From Vicugna vicugna (Eukaryota), in contig MU058815.1 of assembly GCA_013265495.1 (NCBI GenBank), positions 752,523 to 816,522 of the forward strand: 64,000 nucleotides of DNA, in the 5' to 3' direction. The translations under genes were made by a program, and so were the position numbers. Below the pieces are notes generated by a model. The model saw only the letters and a program-made list of their open reading frames with translations. It ran no database searches and had not been told where the DNA came from. Shown one piece after another: positions 10,436 to 24,357 of the stretch. Positions within the stretch are counted from its first letter, which is position 1. Every line of letters starts with the position of its first letter.

Positions 10436-13409
10436 GAAAAAAAGTTCTGTTGTAACAGAAATTCCTATGATTTTTATATTCTCAATATATGATTTTACCT
10501 ACCCATGGTTTGCCATATGTTTTCCAGGGATTTGCTTCAATATTTACAGCTCGTAAATGCGATCAGGACCAGAGAATGCACGGCTTTGAGCGTTAGCAAT
10601 TAATTTTAATCTTTGAGTACGAGGTGGTGTCTTTGAGAGTTTTAAGCAGTGGAGAAAAGTGATAAAAAGGGTGTCAGAGGGAGAGTCATTTAGCTTGGAA
10701 ATAGAATAGATTAAAGAATATAGAGACAAAAAGTGAGAACGTCAGGACATTCAGACCATGGGACTGCTTGAGTTTTTTTAGGTCCTGATTCTTACTGTGA
10801 TTTTTTAAATTTGAGGTTAATGCAATTTAGTCATCTTAGGCTTTGTAGTTCCTAATTAGGCAAACAAACTTTCTGATTCACAAGAGAAAGCTCAATGTTG
10901 CCGAGAAAGCACATTGCTATGGCTTTTAGCAGACTTTTACCAAGTTTTGGGCAATCTCAGAAAAGTAAAAATTAGCAAGCATACCAGAGAGAGAGTGAGT
11001 TAAGTAGAATTTCCGTGTGTGTTTCTGAAGGATTTATAAGATTTTGAGGATGGATCCTCTCAAAGGTAATATTTGTGAAAATAGTCATTTTTTTTCTTTC
11101 TGTTTGAAATATTAGCTTAATAATGTGATACGCAAAGACCTTGACAGTAGTTAACATTTTCTGTTTTCTAATAATTTCACAGAAACAAATATTATTTATT
11201 TTCCTATTCTGGTCATAGTAGCATGTTTTGAAAGATATGAATGAGAGAAGGGAGCACACACAAGCCAAATGTCAAAAAAAAAAAAAAGACGAAGGAAAGA
11301 AAAAGAAAAATAAAGATAAGAAATGGATGCAATTTAAGAAGCTGGAAATCGTGCTCACGTAAGTTCACACGCCTATGAGAATTCTGTTCTGTTGATGATG
11401 GAGTGCACCTTCTGTAACTGCAGGAGAAGCAACCACACTGAGGGGGAAATAGAATTGGACTTGACTTTTGTACCATGTGTAGTAGATGCACGGGGCATGG
11501 CAGTTTCACCTTCCTAAGAGAGAGTTCACGTGGGAAGGCAACCACCCTAGATAAGAATGAACAGAAGTGAGCCCCAGATATGACGACTTGAAATGCAGGA
11601 CTCAGCACTTTATCAGACATGGAGATGGGAATATAATGGAAAGATGCATTCATGCAGTAAATGAAGATATTAAGAAAACCTTGCCGGCTGTGAAGTTTTT
11701 ATTCACCTGACTGGTTTCTTCTTCCTAGATCAATGAATTGACTTTTGGATTCTTGAATAGCTTCCTTAAGTGCTAGAGATAAAAATCTTTAAAATTTCTT
11801 GAATTTGGCTTGGCTTTTAAACTTACTGGTCATGCTTGTAGTTTTATTCTTAGGTGTCAATTTTCTGTAGTGGGAAATACTGCCATACTGCATTTGATAA
11901 GCTGATGCATAATCTTATTTTGTCAGGGTGAGTAGATATTAATTTGGAGAGCAGATCCTGTGTTTGTCCATTGTCACTGATGTGAAAAGGAAACATATTT
12001 CTAAAAAACAAAATTAGCCAACTAGGAGCCATCTGGTTTTGCACATCAAGTTTGCTGGAGGGGAAGCAAGTGAGGCAGAATTATGCATTAACAGAATGGA
12101 ATCCTGTCTTTATCCGAAATTGTGATATTTTGTTTATTGTGGATTTTGTGGTAATTTTTAAAAATACTGTATTAAATATTTTATTTTATTATTATTATTG
12201 TATTACTATGTTTATTATTATTTTATTAAATCTTTATTGTTGAGTTTGTTGACACTCTCCCTTCCTTAAAGTTTGTTAAATGCCTCACTGATCTTACGTT
12301 GTTGTGCATGGATGTGAATATGTGTACTTGTGAGTGAGTGTGTGCACGTGTGTATATGTGGTGAGGGAGGACAGAAAGCAGAGGATGCATTGGAGAATCA
12401 TACTGCCTAATTCTATGTTTTTCTGTTGAGTGGCCGAGAGACTGCATTATGGAATAATTCTAATTACATTGTTTGGTAGTGTTTAGTATTCTGAAACACT
12501 AAATTGGCCTTGCATTGGGGGTGGGCCAAGCGATGCGCATGCTAGTTGGGTAGTCTCTCCTGCTCTGGGCATCAGTCTTCGGAGCTGCATGAAGTGGCCC
12601 TGCGATCAGCTTCCAGACTCACAGCTCTGGAGCCAGCCAGCCCCGGATGGCTTGGGCTCAGCTCGCATCAGGAACGAGAGCTGCAGTCTGCTCTCTTCAT
12701 TGTGAAATTTTTTTAGCTTCCACCTTACAGAACCCACAAGCAGGAAATACTCATGGCTTCCAGAGTTATGATTAACTACCTCATACAAACATAATGCTCA
12801 GTTTTGAAGAAGTTTACGGCGACTGGACACCTCCCAGGGAGCATCCTCGTCAAAACCCATCACATGGTCTTAGATGTAACTGGTTAACTTATGAAACAGA
12901 CACAAGATGAGGGATGAACTGGGAGTGTTACTTCATCAGTAATAAAACCTGCATTCATAAAAAAATTTTTGAATGAAGTCAGAATTAGTGAACAGCAAAG
13001 GAATGACACTTTACTCTTTTTTTAACTTTAAAAATCAGGTTTATTTACTTATTTTTGAAACAGATACACATAATTCCTAGTCAAGACTGTTTAATGATGA
13101 TTTCTTCAAATTCTTGTTGGCCACCATTGACAGGAAACTCTATACAAGTAGTTGGTAGCAAGTTGACGGACATAACTTCTTTCTTTTTCTCTGATTGATA
13201 GAAACTCCTTTTATGCTATTAGGTAGAATTTTGAAAATTTATCCTCTTAAAATTTTTAATGGTGGTGACATTCTTTAACTGCTGTTCCTTTCCTTTCATT
13301 GACAAATGTAACATTGAAATTTCTTCTGATAATGTGAATGGATTTCAAACCAATTGAACTTATAAAAATATCAAATATTTTATACTCTTTTTTATAGATT
13401 ATTATCACA

Positions 13410-14255
13410 AACCACTATAGAGTTAAAAAAAATGTAAAAACCACTATTTTCAGGCACTGTCTTTTAAAACAAACAAACAAAAAACCCACCAAGATTGTAA
13501 TCTTTAGAAGTAGGAGACATATGAAGTGATCCATCCAATTTTCCCCCTGAGGACATTTTCTTGGCTGGATACTGGGAGGCGGAGCTCAAGCAAGGAGTGG
13601 CCGTCTCATTGACAGAGTGCAGGAAAGAAAAAAGCATTCAGAGTGAGAGGATGCTAAGACGAGGGGTCTGAAGATTGCAGTGGCCATGGCCAACGTCTAG
13701 GCTGCACAAGATTGTAGAGAAACTTGGAGAGAGCTGGTAGACGCTAGTGGTATGGGTAAGCTGAGAGCCAAGCGAAATTATATGGCAGAAAATGCTGGAG
13801 TAATCCCATGGTTAGGGTTTGCCCTGAGGATTAGAGAACTTGGGGAAACTTCTAGCATCAGGGGTCTCAGCGGATACCCTAGAAAGGCTTCACTCCAGGA
13901 GTGATGTCTATAGCCTTGGAGTAAAGGTGAAACTGAAGTAAGCCTGTCATTCGAAAGCATAAATCAGGCTTAGATTTGATGACAGTCACCTGATGATAAT
14001 TTTTGGTCCTTCCAGAATTAAACTGAACCCTCTTGGGAAAAACAGCACAATCCATGGCTTCTGCAATGTATCAGCTACCATGTCCTGGATACGATCGAAA
14101 ATTAATAGACACATAAAGAAGGAAAAGTCTTGACTAATGATTTAAAGTATTAAAAGATAAAAGTATTACACTTTTATCTCAAATCAATCATTTAAGCTTC
14201 TACCTTAAGAAACTAGAAAAGGAAGAGCAAAATACTCCAAATCAAGAAGGAAGAA
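13410..14255 (+). mobile_element. Ancient L1M 5'-region and ORF fragments
   Basis: Resembles an L1M 5'UTR. It ends with the ORF2 motif aaatcaatcatttaagcttctaccttaagaaactagaaaaggaagagcaaa. Confidence 0.6.
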
Positions 14256-17134
14256 AAAACATTTGCTGCCTGAGAATCTGTTTAAATACAGGAAACACCA
14301 CGGCAATACCTTAGCTTCCCTCAGGTACCCTTCCTTTGTTTAGAGTGCAAACAGGAAATGGATAGATTTTTTTTCTAGGTGAGCATAATAACTCTTGGAG
14401 TCAAAGGAATAACCTGTATCAAATGATCTGTAGAATTAATTTTATAAGAACAACAAAGACTAATTATTAATTTGGTGGCCATTTCAGCCACAAAGGTCAG
14501 TGCAACTGCACCGTCTGAACACCATCACGGCTGCACCATTGTCTTCACAATTGCACTTGCGATGAGTCACAGCACCCGGGCACAGGGCTTGGGAGGGAAC
14601 ACGAGGCCATGTGGTACAACCGTCTTTGATGTCTGAATCCACACTTGAGTACTTCTTTCAAGTGGCCATTTATTCTCTGTGTGACTATTAGATATTTCAG
14701 GAGCAGACAGGGCAGTAAAAATGTCTAACTCTGGTTTCTAATCAGAATCTATCTCAGAGTTGACTCCCAATTGTACATTCCAAAAGCTGTGATATGTAAG
14801 TGAACTATTACTTCTCTATTAATGGCATAAACTGAATAGTTCTTTTTTAAAGATTGATAGCATCTTTTAAACGTTAAGTTATTATCATGCACTCTTACTA
14901 CAGAGTTTCTCACGTGGTTTGGACTAAAAGGAAAAAATTCACTATAGTGATCACTCTTTGTAGAGCGTTTTAAAATTCACAGATATCAACACATTCAGTA
15001 TAAGGTTATTAAAGAAATTTTAAAAATTGGGGCTGACAATTAATAGGATTTGTTTTTGATAAGTTAAAACTTGAAGTTTTCAGGAAAAAAAAGGGCTGAA
15101 CACCCTCCTTCTGGTTCTCAGGTGATGAAAGCTTCAAGCTTCCTGTTTTCTTTTTTTAAAACTTTGGTTATTTACCTAAAAATAAAAAAATTAAACTTTA
15201 GTAATTTGGCGACTCTGAACTGGGCTCTGAGGTATGTTCTCTGGTTATCTGTGAGTACAGAGTGTGCTATTTGAAATATCCAGCCCTGCATAAATGGGAT
15301 TCCTGGTTATGCACATGGAGTAATGTCACTGCTCACCGTGTGCTCTGAGACCAGCTGGTGTGGGGTCAGTAACACAGCTGTGTGAGTCAAGTTAGAGTCC
15401 GCCACCAAGCCATTCATTTGCGCTGGGAAGTGTTTGCATTCATTTCTACTTGTCTGAGCTGCGTTTCCCTTTATGTGCTGCTCTAGCTTCTGTAGGCAGT
15501 AAAGAAAGGGGAATGAGTTATAGATACTGGTTCTTTGTAGACACAGGCTGAATGAAACATTAGAGCTAGAGGACGGTAATTTTAGAGTCCACTCCGCCAG
15601 ACTAATAAACTAATAGTGGAGAACAGGAGGGGTCAGTCTCATGTAAATTTAAATAACTCAGATAGCACTGGTATGTCCTAAAGAATTTAATCTACCTCCA
15701 ATGGCTGGGGGTTTTTACTAGGGTTTTAAAATACTTGTTTATCACATTATGAGGTTAATTATGGTACAAGTTTAATAAATAGTGACATTATAATAGCGAT
15801 GGTCTTAAGTATGGTCAGTGTGAAGAAAATTTATCCCAAACTTGAAATAAGGCTAAAAGAATTGGCGTGCCCATCCAGTGTTTAATAGGCACTGTTAATA
15901 TATAAGAATTATTTAATTTTCTAAGAATGTGTTTGACTTTCTTACCTACTATTTGATGAGAGCCCAGACTATGTGAAGTTATATGCTCACTTACAGAATT
16001 GTGTCTTCTAGAAATGTAAGTGATTTTTGTCTAGGCTAAAAGCTAATACAATTCTTTATTGTTTTATTGTCCTGTAGGGCATTAGCTTGCTTTATATCTA
16101 ATCTGGAAATCTTATTATAACGTTCTTTTAAAAATGATTAAAAACATCCATTTCCTCAAATTGTCTTGAGAAGGCTTTACCAGACCTGGTGGTTCCTGAC
16201 CAATGGTCAGAAGAAATCTTTGGCACGAGCTCATCCTATAACCCGTAGAGTTTTATTTTTAATGTTTTGAATTTTACACTGACACCAGTCTAACTGGTAT
16301 TCTTGAAGAATTTAGTAAGTCATATAGATTCCGTAATTGCTTTCCACGAATCTTTCAGATTTAATAAGAAACTGCTTTATCCCCACCTCTCTCTCATATA
16401 TATACATATAAAATCTCCAAAATATTTAACCATCTTTTTATGAACACAGAACTATGAGGTGACATTTTCATCGCTCACCTTTCTTTGTGGAATCCCATAG
16501 TTTATTTCTCGAGAATATTATATCCAGTAAAAGGATGCGCACATTGAAGGGAACCACGGTAGCAGTCGGCTAAACGACACCCAATCCTTTGCTCCAAGAA
16601 GGACCAGAGACATTTGTCTCCCTGGGCTCTGCCTCTTCTAGGGGGAGTTTCAGGATATTTATCAATCAGGAATAATCTCCACCCAGAACAGTGCATGGCT
16701 CTGGCGGTGACACATGCCTCAGGAAATCGGGAGCACTTGCCAGCTGCCACTTGAGTTTTTGATTTATGACCTTCGTGCTCTTCAAAGGTGAGAGCAAAGC
16801 AACTAACCACAATTTCTCACCTTCCCGAAGGTAAAGAACCCTGCCTGTTGCTGGTTGTAAATTTAAAGCTGTATTTCTTTATTAACTTTGCAGTTTCACT
16901 GACTGGTGTTTTTCCTGACAGTTAAAAGAAATTAACTATTTTTTTCTTAAAGGAAAGTGAAAAAGCAAATCTGTTTCCTTGATTGAAAGAGGGAAATGAG
17001 TGCCAATTTTATTCTTAAGAAAATCATTTTCCTGGGCTACATTATAGGAGCAACTGGGAAGCCTTTTGTAACTGTTGTTGATAATGTAATACACATTGGT
17101 GAGCCAACCAGCTCCCGCGGTGCCGCCAATGACC

Positions 17135-17225
17135 GTGACAATGGGCAGGCAACACACTGCGAGTGTTTACTGTGAACAGTCGCTATGCCGAGGGCCTCAC
17201 GGGCACAAGCCCATGCAACTCTCCC
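17135..17225 (-). mobile_element. GC-shifted MIR fragment
   Basis: gagtgtttactgtgaacagtcgctatgccgagggcctcac...cccatgcaactctc aligns by eye to the antisense MIR 3' end (gagcgcttactatgtgccaggcactgtgctaagcgctttac...ctcatttaatcctc). Confidence 0.5.
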
Positions 17226-17467
17226 CTGTATGGAACTCCGCTCTGGGCACCCACCCCAGCCACTGCGGCCTCCCTGACTCTCAGCTCTGCCTCCTGGGCA
17301 ATAAACCCGCTCCCCATTTTTGTTTCCTGTCTCTTTGGGATCCTTGCCTTTTGTTGCCTACTAGCCCCATTCTGGGCACCATAGTGTGCTGCATTTTATC
17401 CCTTTTGTTTTCCACCGAGAAGGTCACTCTATTCCCGTGGCTCCATCCTAATGCTGTGTTTACAGAC

Positions 17468-17931
17468 TGTATTGGTTGCGTATTGCTGCTGTAACAAATG
17501 GCCTGCAACTTACTTACTTAAAACAACACAGAGTAATGCTCTTCCAGGTCTGGAGAAGGTGTTGGTAGGGCCGTGCTCCTTTGGGAAACTTTAGGGGAGA
17601 ATCTGTTTCCTGGACGGTTCCAGCTTTTCCAGCTTCTGGAGGCCACGTGCCGTCCGTGGTGTGTGCCCTCTTCCTGCAGTTCAGAGAGCTTAACTGCAAA
17701 TTCCGATTTCCTCATCTCATATCCTTTTTTATGATTTCAGTCTTCTTGCCTCCCTGTTATTAAGACCTTAATGATTATATCAGGCCCACCTGAATAATCC
17801 AGGGATACCTTTGCACCTCAGAATCCTTAATAGTATCTACAAACCCCTTTGCCGTGAAAAGCAACATTCACAGGTTCTGGGGAGTCGTGCATGGAGAGCA
17901 TGGGTGGAGGCGTTGTATAGGTCCCCTCATA
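17468..17931 (-). mobile_element. MaLR LTR (MLT1D-like)
   Basis: tgtatt...attgctgctgtaacaaat...ttaaaacaacaca; ggggagaatctgtttcc...ttttccagcttctggaggcc; ggcccacctgaataatccaggg; aacattcacaggttctgggga. Confidence 0.85.
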
Positions 17932-18754
17932 TAACCCCACCTGTGACTTTGGAAATTTTTCTCATTTTACAAATATATATATATCTTTGTAGTTATTTTT
18001 GCTTAATTGCCGTTCATAGTTCTGGTACACCAACTTCCTGCTGACAATAGTCTATCAGTGGGTCACATATGTTCAGTGGTGCTACCTTAGTCCATTTATC
18101 TTATTTTTTTTCCCCTTGAATTTAGATTACCCAGTTACACAAATCACTTAACAACAGGGAAAAGTTTTGTTTTGCTACGTCCTCCTTGTTGAGTTCACCC
18201 AATATAAGCACACATGCAGTTATCTGTGACGCTCTTTAGAGTTAAAAGCGTGCGTCTAGTGTTCTAGACCAATGAAAGATTTTCACGTTTTTTTAACTTA
18301 AACTTTTTATTTTGGGATAATTTTAGATTTACGTGCTGCTGTGAAACAGAATACAGAGATCCTGTGTGTCTCTGAAGGCTTTTTATGTCTGTATTAATGA
18401 AGCATATTGAGCTGTGGTTTTTCTTTCATTGTACCGTATTTTTCTGGTTTCAATATCAGGGTAATAATTCATAAAACGAATTATAGAAGGTGTCTCTTCC
18501 TTTTCTATTTTCTTGAAAAGATGAGGGTAGAATTTACTTTTAAATATTTGGTAGAATTCTCCCCTGAAGCCATCTGGATACGAAGGTTTCTTTTGGGGGG
18601 AGCTTCTATATCACAAATTCAATTTACTTCACAGTTTTAGGCTATTCAAATTATCTTCCCTGTATTGGATGAATTGTGTTAGTTTGTGTTTTTTTGAGGA
18701 ATTTATTCACTTTGTCAAATTTATTTGTGTAGTATTGTTTTTACCCCTCCCCTT

Positions 18755-18912
18755 TAAAAATTTTTTTTCTTTCAGTTCTTTTTTTGGGGGGGGCTATGTT
18801 GGTAATTAGGTTTATTTATTCATGTATTTTTTAGAGGAGGTGCTGGGGATTGAACCCAGAACCTCGTGTGTGCTAAACATGTGCTCTACCACTTGAGCTA
18901 CACCCTCCCCAC
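18755..18912 (-). mobile_element. Vic-1-like tRNA-Ala-derived SINE
   Basis: The reverse complement reads ggggagggtgtagctcaagtggtagagcacatgtttagcacacacgaggttctgggttcaatccccagcacctcc followed by an A-rich tail. Pol III A and B boxes are present. Confidence 0.9.
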
Positions 18913-19451
18913 TTTATCCCCCCTTTTGATGTCTGCAAAGATTTTGGTATTTCTGTTCCATTCCTGATGTGTGTATTTTGTGCCTTCTCTCCTTTTCTAT
19001 TGTCTTCCTCATTAGATGGCTGTCAATTTTATTGATCTTTTCAAAGAAAGAACTATGTTTCACTGATCTCCTTTGTATTTTCTGGTTTTGATTACATGAA
19101 TTTCTACCCTTTGTTATTTCCTTCCCTCTGCTAGCTTTGTTCTTCATTCTGTAGGTTCTTGGGATGTGAGCTTAGATTACTGTTTTAAGACTTTCCCCTT
19201 TTCTAATGTAAGCATTAAGTCTCATAAGGCTGACTTACAGTATTGCTTTAGTTCTCTCAAATTTTGATGTTGTATATTTTCATTCAGGTAAATGTATTTT
19301 TGTTTGATTTCTTCATGATTTCCTCCTTGACCTATGTATTATTTACAAGTGCACTGTTTAGTTTCCAAGTGTTTGGAGAACTTCCTGTTAACTTTATATT
19401 GGTGATATCTCTTCTGATTTTATCACGGACAGAGAAAATGCCAATTATTTT

Positions 19452-20270
19452 ATTTTATTTTTTCATGTTAATATTTTCTAAACTTTTTTTATTGAGTTAT
19501 ATTCATTTTACAATGTTGTGTCACATTCCAGTGTAGAGCACAATTTTTCAGTTATATATGAACATATATACATTCATTGTCACTTTCTCTTTTGCTGTGA
19601 GCACCGCAAGATCCTGTATATATTTCCCTGTGCTACACAGTACAATCTTGCTTATCTACTCTACATTTTGAAATCCCAGTTCCTTCCCACCCCCACCCCC
19701 TTGGCAACCACAAGTTTGTATTCTATGTCTATGAGTCTGTTTCTGTTTTGTTTTTATGTTTGTTTGTTTTGTTTTTTTAGATTCCACATATGAGTGATCT
19801 CCTATGGTATTTTTCTTTCTTTTTCTGGCTTACTTCACTTAGAATGACATTCTCCAGGAACATCTATGTTGCGGCAAATGGCCTTATGTTGTCGGTTTTT
19901 ATGGCTGAATAGTATTCCATTGTATAAATATACCACNNNNNNNNNNNNNNNNNNNNNNNNNNNNNNNNNNNNNNTCCATGTCTTTTGTAAATAGCGATGC
20001 TATGAACATTGGGGTGTGGGTGTCATCCTGAAGTAGGGTTCCTTCCGGATATATGCCCAGGAGCAGGATTCCTGGGTCACATGGTAAGTCTAGTCTAGTC
20101 TTTTGAGGAATCTCCATACGTTTCCCACAGTGGCTGTACCAAACTGCACTCCCACCAGCAGTGCAGGAGGCTCCCTTTTCTACACAGCCTCTCCAGCATT
20201 TGTCATTTGTGGACTTTTGAATGATGGCCATCCTGACTGGTGTGAGGTGATACCTCATCATAGTTTTGAA
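19452..20270 (-). mobile_element. Young 5'-truncated L1 (ORF2 C-terminus plus 3'UTR) with 17-bp TSD
   Basis: The ORF track gives MRYHLTPVRMAIIQKSTNDKCWRGCVEKG, the L1 ORF2 Cys-rich region. A perfect TSD aaaatgccaattatttt lies at 19435-19451 and 20271-20287. Confidence 0.92.
19937..19974. other. Assembly gap (38 N)
   Basis: Run of N inside the young L1. Confidence 1.
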
Positions 20271-21676
20271 AAAATGCCAATTATTTTTAAATTGTTGGGA
20301 TTTGTGTTATATCCTAAGATGTGTATCATACTGGTAAATGTCCTGTGGTCAATTGGAAAAAAAGTGTGTATTCTTCTCCTAGGTAGAGTGTTTTGTGTTA
20401 GATCTTGTTGAAGAATATCTTTCTTCTACATCCTTGCTGATTTTCTCTCTGAGAGTTCAATTAACTGCTGCTGTGCTTTGTTAAAATCCTCAACTATAAT
20501 TATGGATTTGCCGACCTCCTTTTAGTTCAACCAGTTCATGCTTCATGGCTGTTGACACTTTGTTTTTCAGTGGACATATAATTAGGATTTATCTGTCTTC
20601 TCAGTGGATTCCTTTGATCAGTATTTAATGTCCCTCCTTATCGCTAAGAATTTTCTTTCCTCTCACGTCTACTTTGTCTGTTATTAACATAGCCACTCCT
20701 TTCCTTTGATTATTGTTGGCGTACTTTTTACTGTGTCTGACTATATCATTATATTTAAAGTGAATTTACGGTAGGCAGCATATAATTGGGTCATGCGTTT
20801 TGGTCCACTCTGCCAATCTTTGTCTTTTAATCAATGTATTTATATCCATTTATATTTAATATCATGGTTGACCTGCAAGGGTTTAAATCTGCCTTTTTAT
20901 TTTTTGTTTTTGTTCTTCTGTTTTCTTTCTCCCCTGCTTTTCTGTGGTTTAATTAATGTGAATAATTTCAAGAATCTATTTTGATTTGTCTGTAGTGTTT
21001 TTGAATGTATCTTTTTACATAGCTTTTCAGTGGCCGCACTAAGTATTACATAATATATACGTACCGCCTCACTGTCTACTGATTGTGTCGTTACCAGTTC
21101 AAATGAAGTATAGAAACCTTATCTTTTTCAACACCCTCCTTTTCTCCTCTGCTTATAATGCAATTGTCAAATATTTATTTTACATATATTGAGAGTTACA
21201 CAGCCTTATAATTTCTGTGTCAGCTATTAAACATAATTTAGAAAATTGAAGAGGAGAAGAAGAGCTTTTTGTGTCTACTCCTACCTTTGTTTATTATGTT
21301 GTTCTTCCTCCTTGATGGTCCAAAGTTCCGTCTTTTATTGTCTGGTTTCTATGTAGAGAACTTCATCTAACATTCGTTTAGGGTAGGTCTGCTGGTGGTA
21401 AATTTTCTTAGTTTTTGTTCATCTGAGAATGTCTTGATGTCCCCCTTTATGCCTGAAGGATATTTTCATTGCATACATGCTTCCAGTGGGAGCAGGATTA
21501 GAGAACCCCAAAGTGCCCCAAGAGGGTTCAAACAGCAGGGTTGACTGGGGTCAAGGATCTTTCTACCTACAGTGCTGAGATTGGCAAAATATGACAAAAC
21601 GTTAAGAATCTTGGGGACAAAATGATATTTTCTACTATAGCCTAGCCCATTCTTTTCCCCAGATGTTAAATAATAT

Positions 21677-22118
21677 TGTGTATGAAAAATGTTGCCTGCC
21701 ATATCAGTAAACCAACGTGTTGTGGCCACCAAGACATCAGCCACCGGAGCTGCCCCAGCTGTGCACCAGGAGAGGATTCAGGGTGGAGAAAAGCAGGATA
21801 CTGGCTCTAGATAGCTCAGGTGCACATCAAAGGGGTGGTTTCGGTGAGCCTAGACTCCTGCATCTTCCCATATATAGAAAAGCGCTAAATTTATTAACTT
21901 GAAATGTTTGGGTTTTGTTTCTTTAATTAACAGTAATCTTCTGATGTTCTGACTACCAGGTTTCTGTTGCAAAAACTCCTGTAGATTCCGGCTCCTCCCT
22001 TCCCTCTTCAGAGCTATCTGAGAGACTGTCTTCCAGGCTTATGTCCTCAGCAAGTCCACTGAATAAAACATAATTCCCAACTTTTAGGTTATGCTTTTTT
22101 GTTTTTTTTCACTTGACA
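21677..22118 (+). mobile_element. ERV1-class solo LTR (cetartiodactyl type)
   Basis: TG...CA termini. The 3' part gagctatctgagagactgtc...aataaaacataattcccaacttttaggtt...ttgaca contains a poly(A) signal and resembles artiodactyl ERV1 LTRs. Confidence 0.8.
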
Positions 22119-22578
22119 GCAAATAACATTGGGAAGGATAGAGAGAAGAATGTGATTAGAACAGGCTCAGATGCTGACCAGAGGAGCATGTGTTCCTGGG
22201 TCATTGAGGGGATGAGCCTGCCTGAAAAGGGCAGTGGAAGTTTTTAGTAAAGCAAAACGTTGGTGAGATGATGAAGGATTTTCCATTTATGCAGAGAAGC
22301 CATGCTTATAGCATAAATTAAGGGACAGTATGATAACCTGTGGACTTCACAGCACAGTTTCTCATAGATGCAGGGCCAACACATGGCCCTCTACATCATA
22401 ATGTATCTTAGACCTTAGTACGAGGGAAAGCTATGTTTTCTTTGATCAAGGGTTGTTTTCATGTCAGGGACATTTGGAAACTTATTACTGATTCTTTTTC
22501 TTTGCCATTTTTTTCTCAAGGAAACTCAAGGTTGGGTTGGAAGCCCATAATTAATAGTTGTCTATACTCTGAGGTTTG

Positions 22579-22748
22579 TTTTTCTTTTTTTAACAGTTTT
22601 TTTAAGGTTCTCTTTTTAAAAAAAAAATTGGGGGGGTACTAAGTTTATTAATTAATTAATTAATTAATTTGATGGGGCTACTGGGGATTGAACCCAGGAC
22701 CTCATGCATGCTAAGCATGCCCTCTACCTTTGAGCTATACCCTCCCCA
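22579..22748 (-). mobile_element. Vic-1-like SINE with TSD
   Basis: tRNA-Ala-like head at about 22672-22748 with a (TTAA)n-containing tail. TSD ctgaggtttg lies at 22569-22578 and 22749-22758. Confidence 0.92.
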
Positions 22749-23369
22749 CTGAGGTTTGCTTTTCCATGTCCTCACTCTAATTTTTTTTTAACTAGCTAAC
22801 TGTTCAGTCAGTCTTCATTTAAACTGTATTTATTTCATATTATTATTGTGTATATGGTATTAGCAGTTTGACATGATAATGAGATTCATGTTAAATGCAT
22901 AAAATTATTTTAATCTCACAGATTAAAAGTTGATTTTTTTACGTGTTATTGTGTGTGGCAACCAAAGGAAGAAAATCATGGCATTTTTTTTTTTTGAAAA
23001 CTCATCCGTGGATGAAAAAATGTGGAAAGGAGAAGTCGGAAAGATCGGAGCAGGAGGATGAACTTAGTGAAGTTCATCACCACTCTCTTCTCAAATGATG
23101 CCTAGGAGGCGGCTGTCCTTGGAACAGTCGTCCATGATCCTGCCTCTGTAATCTCCCGCCACCAGGGAGAGTGGATTTGCACAGCAGATTTAACAAAATG
23201 ACAGTTGGCCTTGTCTGCCTCCGACGCTTACAAAAAGACATTGATTATTGTCTCCCTGATGCATGGAATGTCAGGAACAGACCTTCACAACACCCCGCCA
23301 AGCATCAGCACACGTTCCAGTAATCCCCGCCCCCAGGGATTCTGTAGACATGGCCCTTGTCCGTGTTTT

Positions 23370-23500
23370 ATCCTCGTCCCAGAACTGGTGACTAATGGCT
23401 GCGCTTTGGGTGACTTCTTAAACTTTCTGGGCCTCGGATTCATTCTCTCCATACTTGGAATGATTGCTCAGGGCCCTTTAAACTCGAAAGATATTTTGTT
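23370..23500 (+). mobile_element. MIR/MIR3 fragment
   Basis: actaatggctgcgctttgggtgacttcttaaactttctgggcctcggatt...cagggcccctttaaactc resembles the MIR core. Confidence 0.6.
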
Positions 23501-24357
23501 TGCTTTCTTCTGAGAATTGCTAGTCAAGCACACAGCCAAAATATTTTCTAACATTCTATATTTTTTAGCATTCCTCTTAAAAAAATATATCGATCTTAGT
23601 TCACTCCTTAACTTCTATATGCCTTGAATGTATTGAACACAAAGAAATCAGAGCTTGTCAAAGTCATTTTTCGTCTGCATTAGACTGTATCTTCTTGCAG
23701 CTTCTAAGTCCAGCATCATTAGGCATTGATGTTCATGGACTGCATTGCACTTCAGTTATGTTGTGGCTACAAAGCCTGAAGAAATTTCTCAAAATCCTTA
23801 CCATTCCATTCATTTAACTCCAATTGTTTCAAAATTCAGCTGCCTTGCCTTCATTCTGTAACTCTCTTGTGAACAGCACAATTATATACTGACTTGTGTT
23901 CAAGTTGTTCATGTTTTAATGTTAACATGTAAACATATCCCAGTTTTTGTCATCTTGTTTGGCATTTCTTTAATTTTTTAAACATGTTATAATTCTAAAC
24001 AAATGGAAGTGATCTGGCTTACATGAGCTGCTGGAACACGTTTATCTCCTCAACTCATCTCCTCCTCCTCCTGTTTGCTCTGAGTCAACTTTTCTCTCCC
24101 AAGTGTGAGCCGTGCATTTTGGGGGCTCTGAGAATGAGATTAGACAGGCCAATTTACAAGAGCCTGTGGGGGAGCCCCTGTCTAGAGGAGAAACTCACGC
24201 TGATACTGACTCATTGTCCTGCCAAATGAACCCATGCTACGCTGGCAGAGACAGGAGGGTGGAAAATGGCTTCTGGGCAGACAGGACTGAGAAGCTCCTG
24301 CGGGGACCAGGAGGAGACTGCCAGGCAGAGACGGACATTCTGGAAATCAAGAATATG

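Larger units (their letters stand above)
18285..21480 (-). mobile_element. Old L1M fragments (3' tip piece, ORF2 endonuclease region, inter-ORF), interrupted by a SINE and a younger L1
   Basis: Antisense ORF2 motifs: tgtcaattttattgatcttttcaaagaa (FFEKINKID in the ORF track), ggtagaattctcccctgaagccatctgg, aatagggtaggtctgctggtg-like segment near 21380. Confidence 0.8.

Noticed and set aside
19899..20261. ORFs resembling reverse-transcriptase-associated proteins (also 24856-25044, 30190-30636, 53821-54234)
   Set aside because: These are truncated L1 ORF2 remnants, not host genes.
23155..23176. CTCF-like motif ccgccaccagggagagtgg
   Set aside because: It mismatches the conserved GGCGC half, which is too weak to call without ChIP data.
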